NCBI GenBank assembly: GCA_951406725.2
Contig: OX597816.1
Location: 66,588,001 to 66,652,000 of the forward strand
Reading direction: 5' to 3'
Length of the DNA stretch: 64,000 nt
Source: Octopus vulgaris
Taxonomy: Eukaryota
Shown here: positions 24,147 to 35,655 of the stretch, piece after piece
How the letters are laid out: each line of letters opens with the position of its first letter
How positions within the stretch are numbered: position 1 is the stretch's first letter
Position numbers and translations under genes: made by a program
The notes under the pieces: model-generated
Told to the model about the DNA's origin: nothing
Databases searched by the model: none
The model's input: the letters and a program-made list of their open reading frames with translations, nothing else

Positions 24147-24769
24147 ATTACTCTACTTTCTTGAAAAGGGACACATATAATGTAGTCCTTGACATGCAAT
24201 GTGCAAGAGAATGAAATGGTCATGAACAAAATGTTCATTAAATGCCTGTTCTTTCTGGGTGACCAGGAAGAGGGGGGGAGCTCAACAAGAACAGCTAATA
24301 CATCAAACAACATTATTTTATATCTTCAAATCCATTCTCTACTACTGAAATATAAGCAGTGTATTTCATTAGAAATATGGCTATGAAAGGGTTGTAATAA
24401 AATAATGAGATGTACGCTCAATAAAGAAACAGGTTTACAAGAACATATGTTTCAAGTTAGGCCCTACTTTGCGATGGAAGTATAATTTAGCTGATTAAAT
24501 TAAATGCGAAAAACAAATGGTGAAATATTGCAGTTGGAATTCTTTTTAGTTTCTTTTCCTATTGCAGCAAATACTTCCATCCCTGCCCCAGTGTCATACC
24601 ATTATTATCGTTGAAAGAAAGCGACATATACAAACACACACACAAATATACATACTTATTGAGGAAACCAGAGTATATACATCCTTTTTTCAAATGACTT
24701 GAAATGTTATGTTTATATAACATAACGTAGAGACAGAATAATTAAGCTGAGATTAGTCATAGCCAACAT

Positions 24770-26110
24770 GATGGGAACAGTTATCTTAGTTTATGCACCA
24801 CTATCAGGGCTGATAAACGAGCAACGGTACTGTTTCAATAAGGCCTCGTAGTAGACCGTCTCAACAACGACATGCTGCCTTGTTATCATGGGTATGATGG
24901 GTAACACCAAGATGGCTTCTCCTGTGTACATAGAGGTTATGGATATGAAACAAGGGATGAAGAATGATCAAGGTTCTTGCAATTCTGTGATGCAAATGAT
25001 GCAAACATGCAAGCCAGATACACGTTATTTGCACAAGAAAATGGGATCATTAAAAGGTTATGAATACCATGTCTTTCTCAAGAGTAAGAGTTAGATAGAC
25101 ACAGAGAAAAAGACAATCTGGAGAAGGGAAGGTATAGAAGCTGAGAGATCTTTCTAACAAGGTTAAGAGAAGTCCCAATTGACAAGTATGCCAAGAAGCA
25201 GAGGTAGACACTTATGACAGAGAGTGTCATTGAGACAGCCTGCTGTGAGGCATGGATCAGATCTGTAGTTGGAACAAGGAACTAACTAAATGGAAAGTTA
25301 CTGGCATGTACAGTAGATAGGATTATGGAGGGTAAAAGCTTGAAATAAACAGGAGTGCATGGAACAATATTAGGTAACTAAAAATGATGTTAGGTACCAG
25401 CTAAACATAGAACAGAGAAAATCTGTTAAGAGGGTTACCAATGTTCTGTGAAGAAAGGACCAGAAATATGCAGTGTTCCACATTGTAAAGCAGTATACCA
25501 GTAGATCAAACAGAAGGAGCAGCTTTTGAGGTTGATGCTTGAAAGTTGCAACTATAGCAGGTGCACTATTAAGGGCCAGTTAGTCAGACACTGAGAATAT
25601 TTAGCTAAGTAAGGCAAGTGTTAGTCAATAACATAGCAAGCCAAGCAGTAAAGGGAAGTATCAAACGCAATGAGTGAAGGTGATATATATCAACATCAAC
25701 CATTTACAAGAGCAAAAGAGATGTTCTAGAAGACAATGACAAAGGCACCAAACTGATGGACAAAGTTATGAAACTATCAGAAAGTGATGGCACAACTAAT
25801 TAGGAAGAGAATTAACTTACATGAGATGAAGTTCTGGTTCATGGTACAAAGATATGGTAAACTGATATCTATTCCTAGTAAAACTATAACAGAAATTCCT
25901 GGCTAAGAGTAAGCTAGTATAATTAGTATTTGTTGATCTGAAAAAGGCCATTGAAAGGGTTGATGGTGGATGCAAAGAAAAATGGGTGTAGATGAATGGC
26001 ATATGGATTTGTGTAAGCCAGGCCATTGTGATGCTGTCAGTAAGGTGAAAGTTGGCAATGAGTTCAGCAAGGAATTTAGCAGGTTGGTAGATGGCCATCA
26101 TAGCATGCTG
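24770..26110 (+). pseudogene. Highly degraded RTE LINE (endonuclease through RT start)
   Basis: Translates to VILVYAP, GFSCVHRGYGYETRDEE*SRFLQFCDAND (APE domain) and KFLAKSKLV*LVFVDLKKAIERV (RT motif FVDLEKAFDRV), with many stops and deletions. Confidence 0.8.
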
Positions 26111-26439
26111 GACTTTCTTTCATTAAGTAAAGAACAAATTGTAATTCTATTCTTCACTTCAAGAAAGAATCCATTTGTTTCCTTCAGAAATTATATTTTA
26201 CTCATAAGCATTTCACATGGATATCTTGAATTAAAACCAACTAATTTGTAAGAAAAGATACAACCTAAATTTCGGCCACAATTTGATTGAATCAAATAAA
26301 AGGTAAAAGATATATGCAACAAAGCTTTCATAAACTAGAATCCCCATAAACAAGTATAACTCTTAACAAAATTATAATCCCAATGAAAGACAAGCATGCA
26401 ATAGCAATATATGGTATAATACATACAACAAAACCACTA

Positions 26440-26821
26440 TCTCTATATATATAAACGGCAAAATGTCTGTGTGTGTGTGTGTGCGTGTCCTTTATACAAA
26501 TCCACAATTTTTCAGTTAGAGGGCTCACACTTTCTATGGTCATTCAAAACCATCCAAGGGTGGTCGTGCACATCTTTACAATTCCCCAATCACCCTGTAA
26601 AGCCATTAAAAAAATCAATAGAAGTGACTTTTTGTGAATTTTCTATCCAAAACCCAATCAAAATGTCCGAAACTTGATACGCCAATTGAATGCCAGCTAG
26701 CTGTATGTGATTGGTCGGAGATTTGGACAGTACTTGCATGTATGTGTGGACGCACACACGCACACAGCTGTATATGCATGCACTAGCACTATGACCTGGC
26801 AACGCCGGGTCATAGTGCTAG
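26440..26821 (+). mobile_element. Non-autonomous Helitron family H1 (complete)
   Basis: A|TCTCTATATATATAAA start, (GT)n near the 5' end, 3' hairpin around gcaacgc, ends CTAG|T, no TSD. Confidence 0.88.
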
Positions 26822-27569
26822 TAAATTATAAAAAACAAGGATTCTCTTAAGTTTAACCCTACAACAACTAGAATTTTAATAAAAGACAAATTAGAACCTC
26901 AAGAATATGCACTCACACATGTGGGTGTGTTTGTGTGTGAGTGTGCATGTGTAAATGTGTGAGTATAACAAAACTACTGTCCCAGAATGACATGTACCAG
27001 TATGGCTTGCACAAAGGTCATTCTTACGGATTAGAAAGGTTTTGAAAGATGTAAGATTAGTGTAGTTAGTAGTGCTTGGATAATTGTTAATAGTTTGTGA
27101 GAGGAAAAAAGAGAAGACACATGAAAGGACTACATGGAACAGCAACAGCTAGGGCGGAAGATGAACCACAAGTGAATGCTTGATGCACATTTTAGAAATA
27201 GATCTCCTGTTTGAATAACCGGACCACACCAGCAGACCACCGATAATAAGTTATTTATTTTTCATATCAGTAAAACGTTCTGTGGAGGGGGAGAGAGAGT
27301 GGGGAGGGAGAGAGAAAGAGAGAGACGAGATAAGGATGGAGAGAAGGAAGAGAGCAAAACAGGAAGAAGTAAGAGAGAGGTGGTTTTACGTGTATATAAT
27401 ATAAGGATGACTATATAACAACAGTTATTCTGAAAACATTGGTATATTATAAAAGTAATAAGAAAAAAAACATTGTTTATCTTATAACTAAAATAATTGA
27501 TAAAGCTATGTGTGTTTAGTCCATATCACTAAATGTTGCTAGTAGTAGTAGTAGTAGTAGTAGTAATGA

Positions 27570-27788
27570 TGATTTCATATTTTGGCACCAAGGCCAGCAA
27601 TTTTAAGAGAGGGGACAAGTTGATTACATCAGCCCCAGAACACAACTGGTACTTATTTTATCAATCCTGAAAATGAAAGGATGAAAGGCAAAGCCGACCT
27701 CAGCAGCATTTGAATTTAGAATATAAAACTACAAGAAATGCTACTAAACATTTTGTCAGGTGTGCTTACAATTCTACCAGCCTACCGC

Positions 27789-27790
<2 letters not shown>
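27570..27790 (-). mobile_element. SINE family B
   Basis: Full-length diverged copy between (TAG)n and (TAA)n. Confidence 0.8.
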
Positions 27791-27839
<49 letters not shown>

Positions 27840-27859
27840 CCTATCGGCGACGATTAGGT

Positions 27860-27971
27860 ACTACACTCACGGAGTGGTTGGCGTTAGGAAGGGCATCCAG
27901 CTGTAGAAACACTGCCAGATCAGATTGGAGCCTGGTCGAACCATCCAACCCATGGAGGAACGGACGTTAAA

Positions 27972-27975
<4 letters not shown>
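27860..27975 (+). mobile_element. SINE D 3' part
   Basis: ctacactcacggagtggttggcgttaggaagggcatccagctgtagaaac...ggacgttaaatga. Confidence 0.85.
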
Positions 27976-28015
<40 letters not shown>

Positions 28016-28031
28016 TAATAATAATAATAAT

Positions 28032-28915
28032 TTAAAAATTGTACTTGAGAGTGCTCATGGATTCCAAACAAGAACAGCCAACAAGAGAGAAGACACTCTA
28101 CTCTGTATGGAATTACATGGTCAGTTCCACTGTGAAACCAACAAATTAACAGACCAGGAAGCATCATGGAGGTGGCTCAACAAGCGTGACCTAAAAAGAA
28201 TACTGAAGGCCTAATCATCATGACCCAGGACCAGGCATTGAATACCAACTCAGTGAAAAAGAATATATACCACACAAATGCATCGAAGCTCTGCAGAATG
28301 TGTGGGTAGAGGGCCAAAAGTGTGATTCACATTGTTAGTGCTTGTGAACATCTTGCGCAGAAAGAATACAAAAGTAGACATGACAAAGTAGCCCCAAACC
28401 TCCACTGACTACAATGCTATAAGTATGGATATGAGGTTACGGGTGCTTGGTACCAACATACACTGGAAAGGGTAATGGATGAAAAGGGGAAGGCAAAAAT
28501 CCTCTGGGACTTTGATTTCAAGACAAAGTGTTAGAACACCAAAGGCTGGATATAGTAACCTTTAGGAGGGACAAACAAGAGTGCCTAATAATTGATGTGG
28601 CAGTGCTAGGAGATCAACATATCACCATGAAAGAAAGAGAAAAAGTTGGTAAATATGGATACCTGAGAATTGAGATTGCTAAGGTGTGATAGCCACAAGA
28701 GTTGAACATAAAGGTTATCCCTAATGTCATTGGAGCATTAGGTTCAATACCAGCCAATCTGGTTGGCATTACATGAAACTGCATGCATATTGCATAAAGA
28801 ACAGTCTGCCTGAGGTCCTTGTTGTGACTTGACAAACAGTACAACCCCCCTCCCCCTGGTAGACACAATATCTTCAATCAACAACCTCACGACATTGTAT
28901 ACTGTGCGTCATCCA
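28032..28915 (+). pseudogene. R4/Dong-type non-LTR retrotransposon 3' fragment (CCHC knuckle plus restriction-like endonuclease)
   Basis: Translates to LHGQF, SWRWL, TEGLII.TQDQALNT, CRMCG*..SVIHIVSAC (CCHC), EYKSRHDKV, KILWDF, RLDIV, LIIDVAV, EREKVGKY..L..EI. Flanked on both sides by (TAA)n; has stops and frameshifts. Confidence 0.9.
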
Positions 28916-28922
28916 TAATAAC

Positions 28923-28967
<45 letters not shown>

Positions 28968-29059
28968 TATTATTATTATTATTTCAAATTTTTGCCACAA
29001 GGGCAGGTTGAGGGAGACGAGGATGAGTCTATTACATCGACGCCAGTGTTCAACTGAGC

Positions 29060-29213
29060 CATAGGATCACAGAGTACCTTTCCAAGATTCTGTGGCTTAT
29101 GTATTCCCCACTGAGTTTTGCTCAGGAACATAATGCATTGCCTGGTCCAGGAATTGAAGCTGCAATCTTACGATCATGAGTGCAACACCCTAACCACTAA
29201 ACCATGTGCCTCC
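29060..29213 (-). mobile_element. SINE family C variant
   Basis: tRNA head ccctaaccactaaaccatgtgcctcca on the minus strand. Confidence 0.7.
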
Positions 29214-29363
29214 ACACACAAACACACATATATATGCAAAGAGAGAGAGAGAGGGGGGAGAGGGAATAATTGTTTTATATGCCATATTTCTGAGGTAAAA
29301 CAAATATGATGAAAATGACGGTTATGATAATGATAACGTGAACTATTGTCCTCATATTGCTGT

Positions 29364-29421
29364 CAGTCTTACTGCATTACAAATTGAAATGAGAGTCTTA
29401 CTGCATTACAAATTGAAATGA
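29364..29421. repeat. Perfect 29-bp tandem duplication
   Basis: agtcttactgcattacaaattgaaatgag occurs twice. Confidence 0.9.
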
Positions 29422-29889
29422 GACGAATTCCTTTCCCCACTCCTGTAATAAGTCACTTGAACTGAGAAGCCCATTGTATCAGTAACAACATACAAGTATG
29501 GTTGTTGTTGTTGTTATTAATGTAGCTCATCTGCTGGAGCAGTCATATAGCATGCAATATGGCTATTAGATGCCTAACAGTAAATCATAGGTGAAGCAAT
29601 CAGGATACACCATGCTTCAATTTCTTGACTGCTCTGAGGACCCCTGCTGACACTAAGCACTATATCATCATACAGTGCGGCAGAGGTGGTAGGTAGGTGG
29701 GTGGTGGTGGTGGTGGTGGTGGCGGCAGAGTTATGATATTTTTATTTTGTTAGCTGAACTTTCAACTTTGGTATTTTCTGTACAAAGGAAACTTGGGAAC
29801 TAAAAGAATATTATAATAGAAGAGTGCCTTCACAGATCCAAATACTACAATTATGACTACTACTACTACTACTACTACTACTTCATATT

Positions 29890-30245
29890 CTTTTACTTGT
29901 TTCAGTTGACTGGGGCCATGCTGGAGCACCGCCTTGAATGGCTTTAGTCAAACAAATTGACTCCAGGACTTTTTTTAAAGCCTAGCACTTTATTCAACTA
30001 GTCTCTTTTGCTGAACTGCAAAGTTACAGGGACGTATACACACCAACACCGGTTGTCAAGCAGTGGTGAGGGACAAGCATAGGCACAAAGACACACACAC
30101 ACACAACGGGCTTCTTTCAATTTCCGTCTACCAAATCTACTCACAAGGCCTGAAGCTATAGTAGAAGGTACTTGCCCAGGGTGTCATGCAGTGGGACTGA
30201 ACTGGGAACCATATAGGTGGGAAGCAAGCATCTTACAACACAGCT
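29890..30245 (-). mobile_element. SINE family A
   Basis: Diverged near full-length copy. Confidence 0.85.
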
Positions 30246-31339
30246 ACTACAAATTTTATGTTACTGAGCAAACCTATAATCAAAGGCAATCCAACCAGGC
30301 CCATCCCATCTTTTTAAAATTGCCTTGGACTGTATATTTCTAAAGTATCCTTCAACTTATTTTAGATAGTTGGGCAGGATTTGAGCAACATCTGGCTACT
30401 ATTTCTAGCAGGACAAAAATCACTTAGAGGTTTTTCTTGTTAGCTTAACAAGAGATTCGTAGAGAGTGGTGGTGGTGGGGATATGGTGGAGGGGACATAC
30501 TGTGACCATCCTGTCTTTTTAAAGGTTTTTGGACTATATATACCTCTAAAGAATTCTTTATGTAAGATAGAATGATGTGATTTAAGCAACCTTTAGCTGC
30601 TGTTTCTAGCAAGACAAGAGTCACTTAGAGGTTTTCTTGTTGGCCTAAAAGCATATTTGTAGGAGTAGTGGCAGCAGGAGACCATAGTAAGAATTTCATT
30701 TATGGAAATCTAGTGTTTGTTATGAAGATAGCAACAGTAAACCTCAGGGCTAAACTGTCAACTTAGTGAATAGAAAGATAATGTGTAGGATTATTGTTTC
30801 TTGGGTCCACCCTTTTCTGTGAACCCTTAAGTATCTTTTTTTTTATCTGGTTTAAAAAAAATAAACAAAAAAAATTCTAATATTATAGTCACCTCCCATT
30901 GATCGCTTTAAGGAAGACAAAAAAAAAAAAAAAAAAATAAGTGGGTGGAGGTAGGTCAAATACTTTAATTCATGCAGAAGTTTTTAAATGGACATGAAAT
31001 CATCTTAATCTGTTTAATCCTTCAGCTAATTATAGCCTGTCCACGAGAGTAAACTATTAACAGCAGACTATATTAATAGACTAAAATAACTCAAGTAGCG
31101 TGTGTATGTTTGGTATTGTACCATAAAAGGAAGGAGTGGTGGTGGCCAAGAAAGACAAAATAATCTCACTATATATATAATTTTTCTTTGTCATTTCCAC
31201 TTCTCCTTCATAGAGGGTATTGCCCAAAATGTTAATCTCTACTACATCACACAGAAACACAACAATAGTTTCCATTTCTGAACTGATTCATACTGACACA
31301 GTCCCTCACGTGACTGACTATTGACTCTCCTTTATTTAC

Positions 31340-31360
31340 CTGCAGTACACTGACATTACA
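31340..31360 (-). other. Candidate 21-nt micro-exon
   Basis: Minus strand: agCTAATttattatttgtAG|TGTAATGTCAGTGTACTGCAG|GTAAAT; branch-like CTAAT, T-rich tract and a strong donor. Confidence 0.3.
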
Positions 31361-31885
31361 CTACAAATAATAAATTAGCTGTTCCCCGAAATTGAAAGCG
31401 CTAATGCCTCTAGGCCCCTTCCTATACATTCATATTTCAATATTCTCCTTTATCTGTTTAAAGCATTCAGAAGATGAATTTACAAAAGTCTATGATGGTG
31501 ATGATGATGATGATAAAGCAAAGAAAAAGGAAATGAATGATACTGCTTGTGTGATTGGTGACACAACCATCACCTGATGTCAGCAGGAGACACAAACACA
31601 CAGATATATGCAATGGGCTTCTTTCAGTTTCCACTTATCCTCTCACAAAGCTTTGGTCGGCCTGAGGCGATATAGTAGATGACATTTGCCCAAGGTGCCA
31701 TGCAAAGGGACTGAAGCCAAAAATCATTGAAGTTTAATAGTTATTTATTAATAGTTCTCAGTAACTTAATGCAATGAAGCATTCTTTGATGATCCATTCT
31801 GGCTAGGCATCGAAATGTACTGGGAACATCCAATGCAGGGTTCCAAGCATCCGTAATGGTGAAACATACATAGGAACTAATAATC

Positions 31886-32120
31886 AAAGCAACGAGCTGG
31901 CAGAAATGTTAGCACGCTGGGTGAAATGCTTAGCGGTATTTCTTCTACCGTTACATTCTGAGTTCAAATTCTGCCAAGGTCTACTTTGCCTTTCATCATT
32001 TCAGGGTCAATAAATTAAGTACTAGTTACGCACTGGGATTGATGTAATCGACTCAATTTCTTCATCTGTCCTTGTTTGTCCCCTCTATGTTTAGCCTCTT
32101 GTGGGCAATAAAGAAATAAG
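31886..32120 (+). mobile_element. SINE family B (full length)
   Basis: TSD aggaactaataat on both sides; body gcctttcatc..ttc.gggtc.ataaattaagtac. Confidence 0.88.
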
Positions 32121-32427
32121 GAACTAATAATATCTATAACACTGAAATGGAATCTGTCCCTCACCATTCCTGCCCAATGACTTAAACCTACGGTCAATAG
32201 CAACATGCTGTATCATATCTGAGCAAAACAAGAGTTCATGTAACGAAATACCTCTTATTACATCACCTGATGAAATGTGTCTGCATCAAGGGATGCGCCA
32301 CAATTAGTTGTATAGTTTCCCACTTGCGAGGGATTGATGCAGGATGTGTCAAAATGATTGTTGTGAGCAATAAAATTTCCTGTGCATTCCATTTTTGGTC
32401 TCTATCATATATATATATATATATATA

Positions 32428-32758
32428 AGGCACATGGCTCAGTGGTTACAGCGCCTAACTTACGACTGTCAGGTTGTTAGTTTGAATCCCGGACCGGGCT
32501 GCTTATTGTGTTCTTGAGCAAGACACTTTATTTCACCTTGCTCCAGTTCACTCAGCTGTAGAAATGAGTAGCGACGTCACTGGTGCCAAGCTATATCAGC
32601 CCCTTTGCTTTTCCCTTGGATAACATCGGTGGCATGAAGAGGGGAGGCTGGTATGCATGGGCAACTGCTGGTCTTCTATAAACAACCTTGCCTGGACAGT
32701 GCATGGGAGGGTAACATTCTAGGTGCAATCTCATGGTCATTCATGACCAAAGGGGGTC

Positions 32759-32760
<2 letters not shown>
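32428..32760 (+). mobile_element. SINE family C (full length)
   Basis: aggcacatggctcagtggtta A box, gtttgaatccc B box and CORE-like block; inserted in (TA)n. Confidence 0.88.
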
Positions 32761-32812
<52 letters not shown>

Positions 32813-33047
32813 TTGGACTGGCAGAGTCATTAGGGCATAAAATAGAATGCCTTGTGGTATTTACTCTAGCTTGCTGCACTTCAATTCAAACTCCACCTAG
32901 CCCAAGTTTGTCTTTCATTTACAAAGAGTTACTTGATAAATAAATTACCAGTTCAGAGAAGTCGATGGATGGAATGCTACAGTGTCAGACAACCTCGATG
33001 CCAGCATAAAAAAAAAAAAAATGTCCACAGGATTTGGTAAATGGTAG

Positions 33048-33244
33048 CCCTTTAGCATTTAAACTGGCCATATCGGACCAAAATTTTCTACAAGTTTTAT
33101 GTCCAAACAAGCCATATCCAGCCTCTCACACTACTGCTACAATGTAATTCTATAATAAGCAATCATGTTGTCAAAATCTTGATGGCTACAAGGCAGTGCA
33201 TGATTAATTCAAAGCAATATATCAGAATCAGAATGCTTAAAGTT
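33048..33244. mobile_element. piggyBac-like MITE P1
   Basis: ccctttagcatttaaac ... gaatgcttaaag. Confidence 0.65.
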
Positions 33245-33637
33245 TTAAGCAAGTGCCTGAGTATTTCAGCTGAACACTCTCAATGCCAGCAGAAGAAAAC
33301 TTAAGGGGACTTTCAACTCCTGTGCAAACAATAAACGATATGATTACTTGTAAGTGAGGCAGACAGATTACATTTTGAAATCATGGTTCTGTTCAATATT
33401 GTGTACAGTCAAGCAAAAGGCTGACTGAATGAATTGGTGATTTGAAAATGTAATTCTTATTTATTTTACAATTGAGTAAACATATATAACAACACTTGTA
33501 ACACAAGGCATATTAAGTAATTTTATGCTGTTGTATCCGAAAATAAAATAAAAACATGTATGTATATATACATACATATATATATATATACACACACATA
33601 CAAAAACACATATACATATATTCATACATGCATATAA

Positions 33638-34025
33638 AGGTGCAGGAGCGGCTGTGTGGTAAGTAGCTTGCTTACCAACCACATGGTTCCGGGTTCATTC
33701 CTACTGCGTTGCATCTTGGGCAAGTGTCTTCTACTATAGCCTAGGGCCGCCCAAAGCCTTGTGAGTGGATTTGGTAGACGGAAACTGAAAGAAGACCGTC
33801 GTGTATATATATATATGTTTGTGTGTCTGTGTTTGTCCCCCCCAACATTGCTTGACAACTGATGGTGGTGTGTTTACGTCCCTGTAACTTAGCAGTTCAG
33901 CAAAAGAGACCAAAAGAATAAGTACTAGGCTTCCAAAGAATAAGTCCTGGGGTCAATTTGCTTGACTAAAGGCGGTGCTCCAGCATGGCCGCAGTCAAAT
34001 GACTGAAACAAGTAAAAGAGTAAAG
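33638..34025 (+). mobile_element. SINE family A (full length)
   Basis: Complete head, body and tail. Confidence 0.92.
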
Positions 34026-34763
34026 AGTGTACATGCATGTATACACACACACATGCATATGTATATGTATATATGTGTGTGATTAAGTGGAGAGTAAAGG
34101 GGAAAAGAGGGTAAAATAAATAAATAAATACTGAAGATGCTGAAGTATATTAAAAATATAAAGATAGTAAAAAGCAACCCAGACATACATTTGTATACAA
34201 AAAAAATTGCTGAAGACAACAAAGAAAAAAAAAAGGCGACCATTCATAGTCATCCTTGAACATTTATTTCAAACAATGAGGGTATTTTTTTTTAAGTGTT
34301 TTCTTATTTTAATTTTTTTTTATACAATATCTTTTCTCCACCCACTACTACCCCTTTTGTGTCATCATTCTTTCATTTTATTATTTATTTATTTATTTAT
34401 CATTTTTTCTTTTAAAGATTACCAATTTGAAGGGCGTGTGAAATATTCTATTTGTCTTGTCGTGAGGTAACAAGAAAGAATGAGAGAGAGGGAGAAAGAG
34501 AGAGGGAGAAAGAGAGAGAGAGAGAGAGAAATAGAAAGGGAGCAAAGAAGAAGGGGAGACAGAGAGGGAAAGATATTTAATATGCAGTGAGAGGCCAGGT
34601 GGTTGGTTGGTAGTCGGTGGATTACAAAAGGAGTTCTTCAGTGATTTAATAATACCTGTTTAAATTACACTCTACCAACAAACAAGCAAACTAAAACACC
34701 ATAGGTTTACAGAGATAATCAAATACTTGGAGGGTTGATGCTCTTACACTATCTCCCTCTTAC

Positions 34764-34809
<46 letters not shown>

Positions 34810-34979
34810 TATACACATTCACAGACACACGTGTAATTTTAAAAATGAATGTTTGTTTCTTTTGTAATTATTATGTTGGTTCGTTTTTTCATTTTTTTTT
34901 TTTTTATTTTACTTTTGAAAAAGAAACGATATATAATTGAGAGTTAGTAACACTGTAAGAGCAGATTTAATTAATTGCA

Positions 34980-35300
34980 GGGGGGAAGTTGTCCAGTGTC
35001 ATGGCAGAGAGTAAGGGAGAGTGTCTTTGGTTACGTCAGGATGAAGACGTTCTGAGTCACCACGAGGAGAGGAACTGTCCTCAGCTGGTGGGGGTGGGGG
35101 CGGCGTTAGGGGGTGGTGGAATCAGTCACAAGTTATGAAGTGAAGAGGTGGGAGAAGTCATCCATAGCTTCAGTGGAAAGAACTTGTTCTCGGTCACAGT
35201 AGGAAGTCGTTCTGAGTCACCTTAGTTATCATGGGATAAGACATGATCCACCATGAGGAAAGATACAGGTTATCATGGAAGTACATGCAAAGTCCTGATA
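34980..35300. promoter_or_regulatory. Candidate enhancer/alternative promoter motif cluster
   Basis: Locally GC-rich unique DNA with TTACGTCA (CRE/ATF-like, 35031), two TGAGTCA AP-1 sites (35053, 35213) inside a duplicated 19-mer, a GGGCGG GC box and AGGAAGT (ETS-like). Confidence 0.3.
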
Positions 35301-35447
35301 AAATAGACACCAAGGTGTTGAAATAACTCACTGTTGTAAGCTAGAGTGGTGTAAAGCTGATAATTGTGTTTTATTGGTTAGCAAAGTTTAGCTCAGTTCT
35401 TCCTTAGCCTTTTAGTGTTCAGATTATACTATCAAACATAATGCTTA

Positions 35448-35655
35448 TTCTTTTACTTGTTTCAGTCATTTGACTGTGGCCATGCTGGAGCACCACCTTT
35501 AGTCGAGCAAATCGACCCCAGGACTTGTTCTTTGTAAGCCTAGTACTTATTCTACTGATATCTTTTGCTGAACTGCTGAGCTACAGGGACATAAACACAC
35601 CAGCATCGGTTGTCAAGCGATGTTGGGGGGGACAAACACAAACACACACACATAT
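35448..35655 (-). mobile_element. SINE A 3' half (5' half at 38070-38224)
   Basis: Split at its central microsatellite by the 2.4-kb array and microsatellite insert. Confidence 0.85.

Noticed and set aside
31740-32405. Possible Tc1/mariner remnant around the SINE B insertion
   Set aside because: Only a vague TIR-like end and LGRNG peptide; no catalytic motif recovered.
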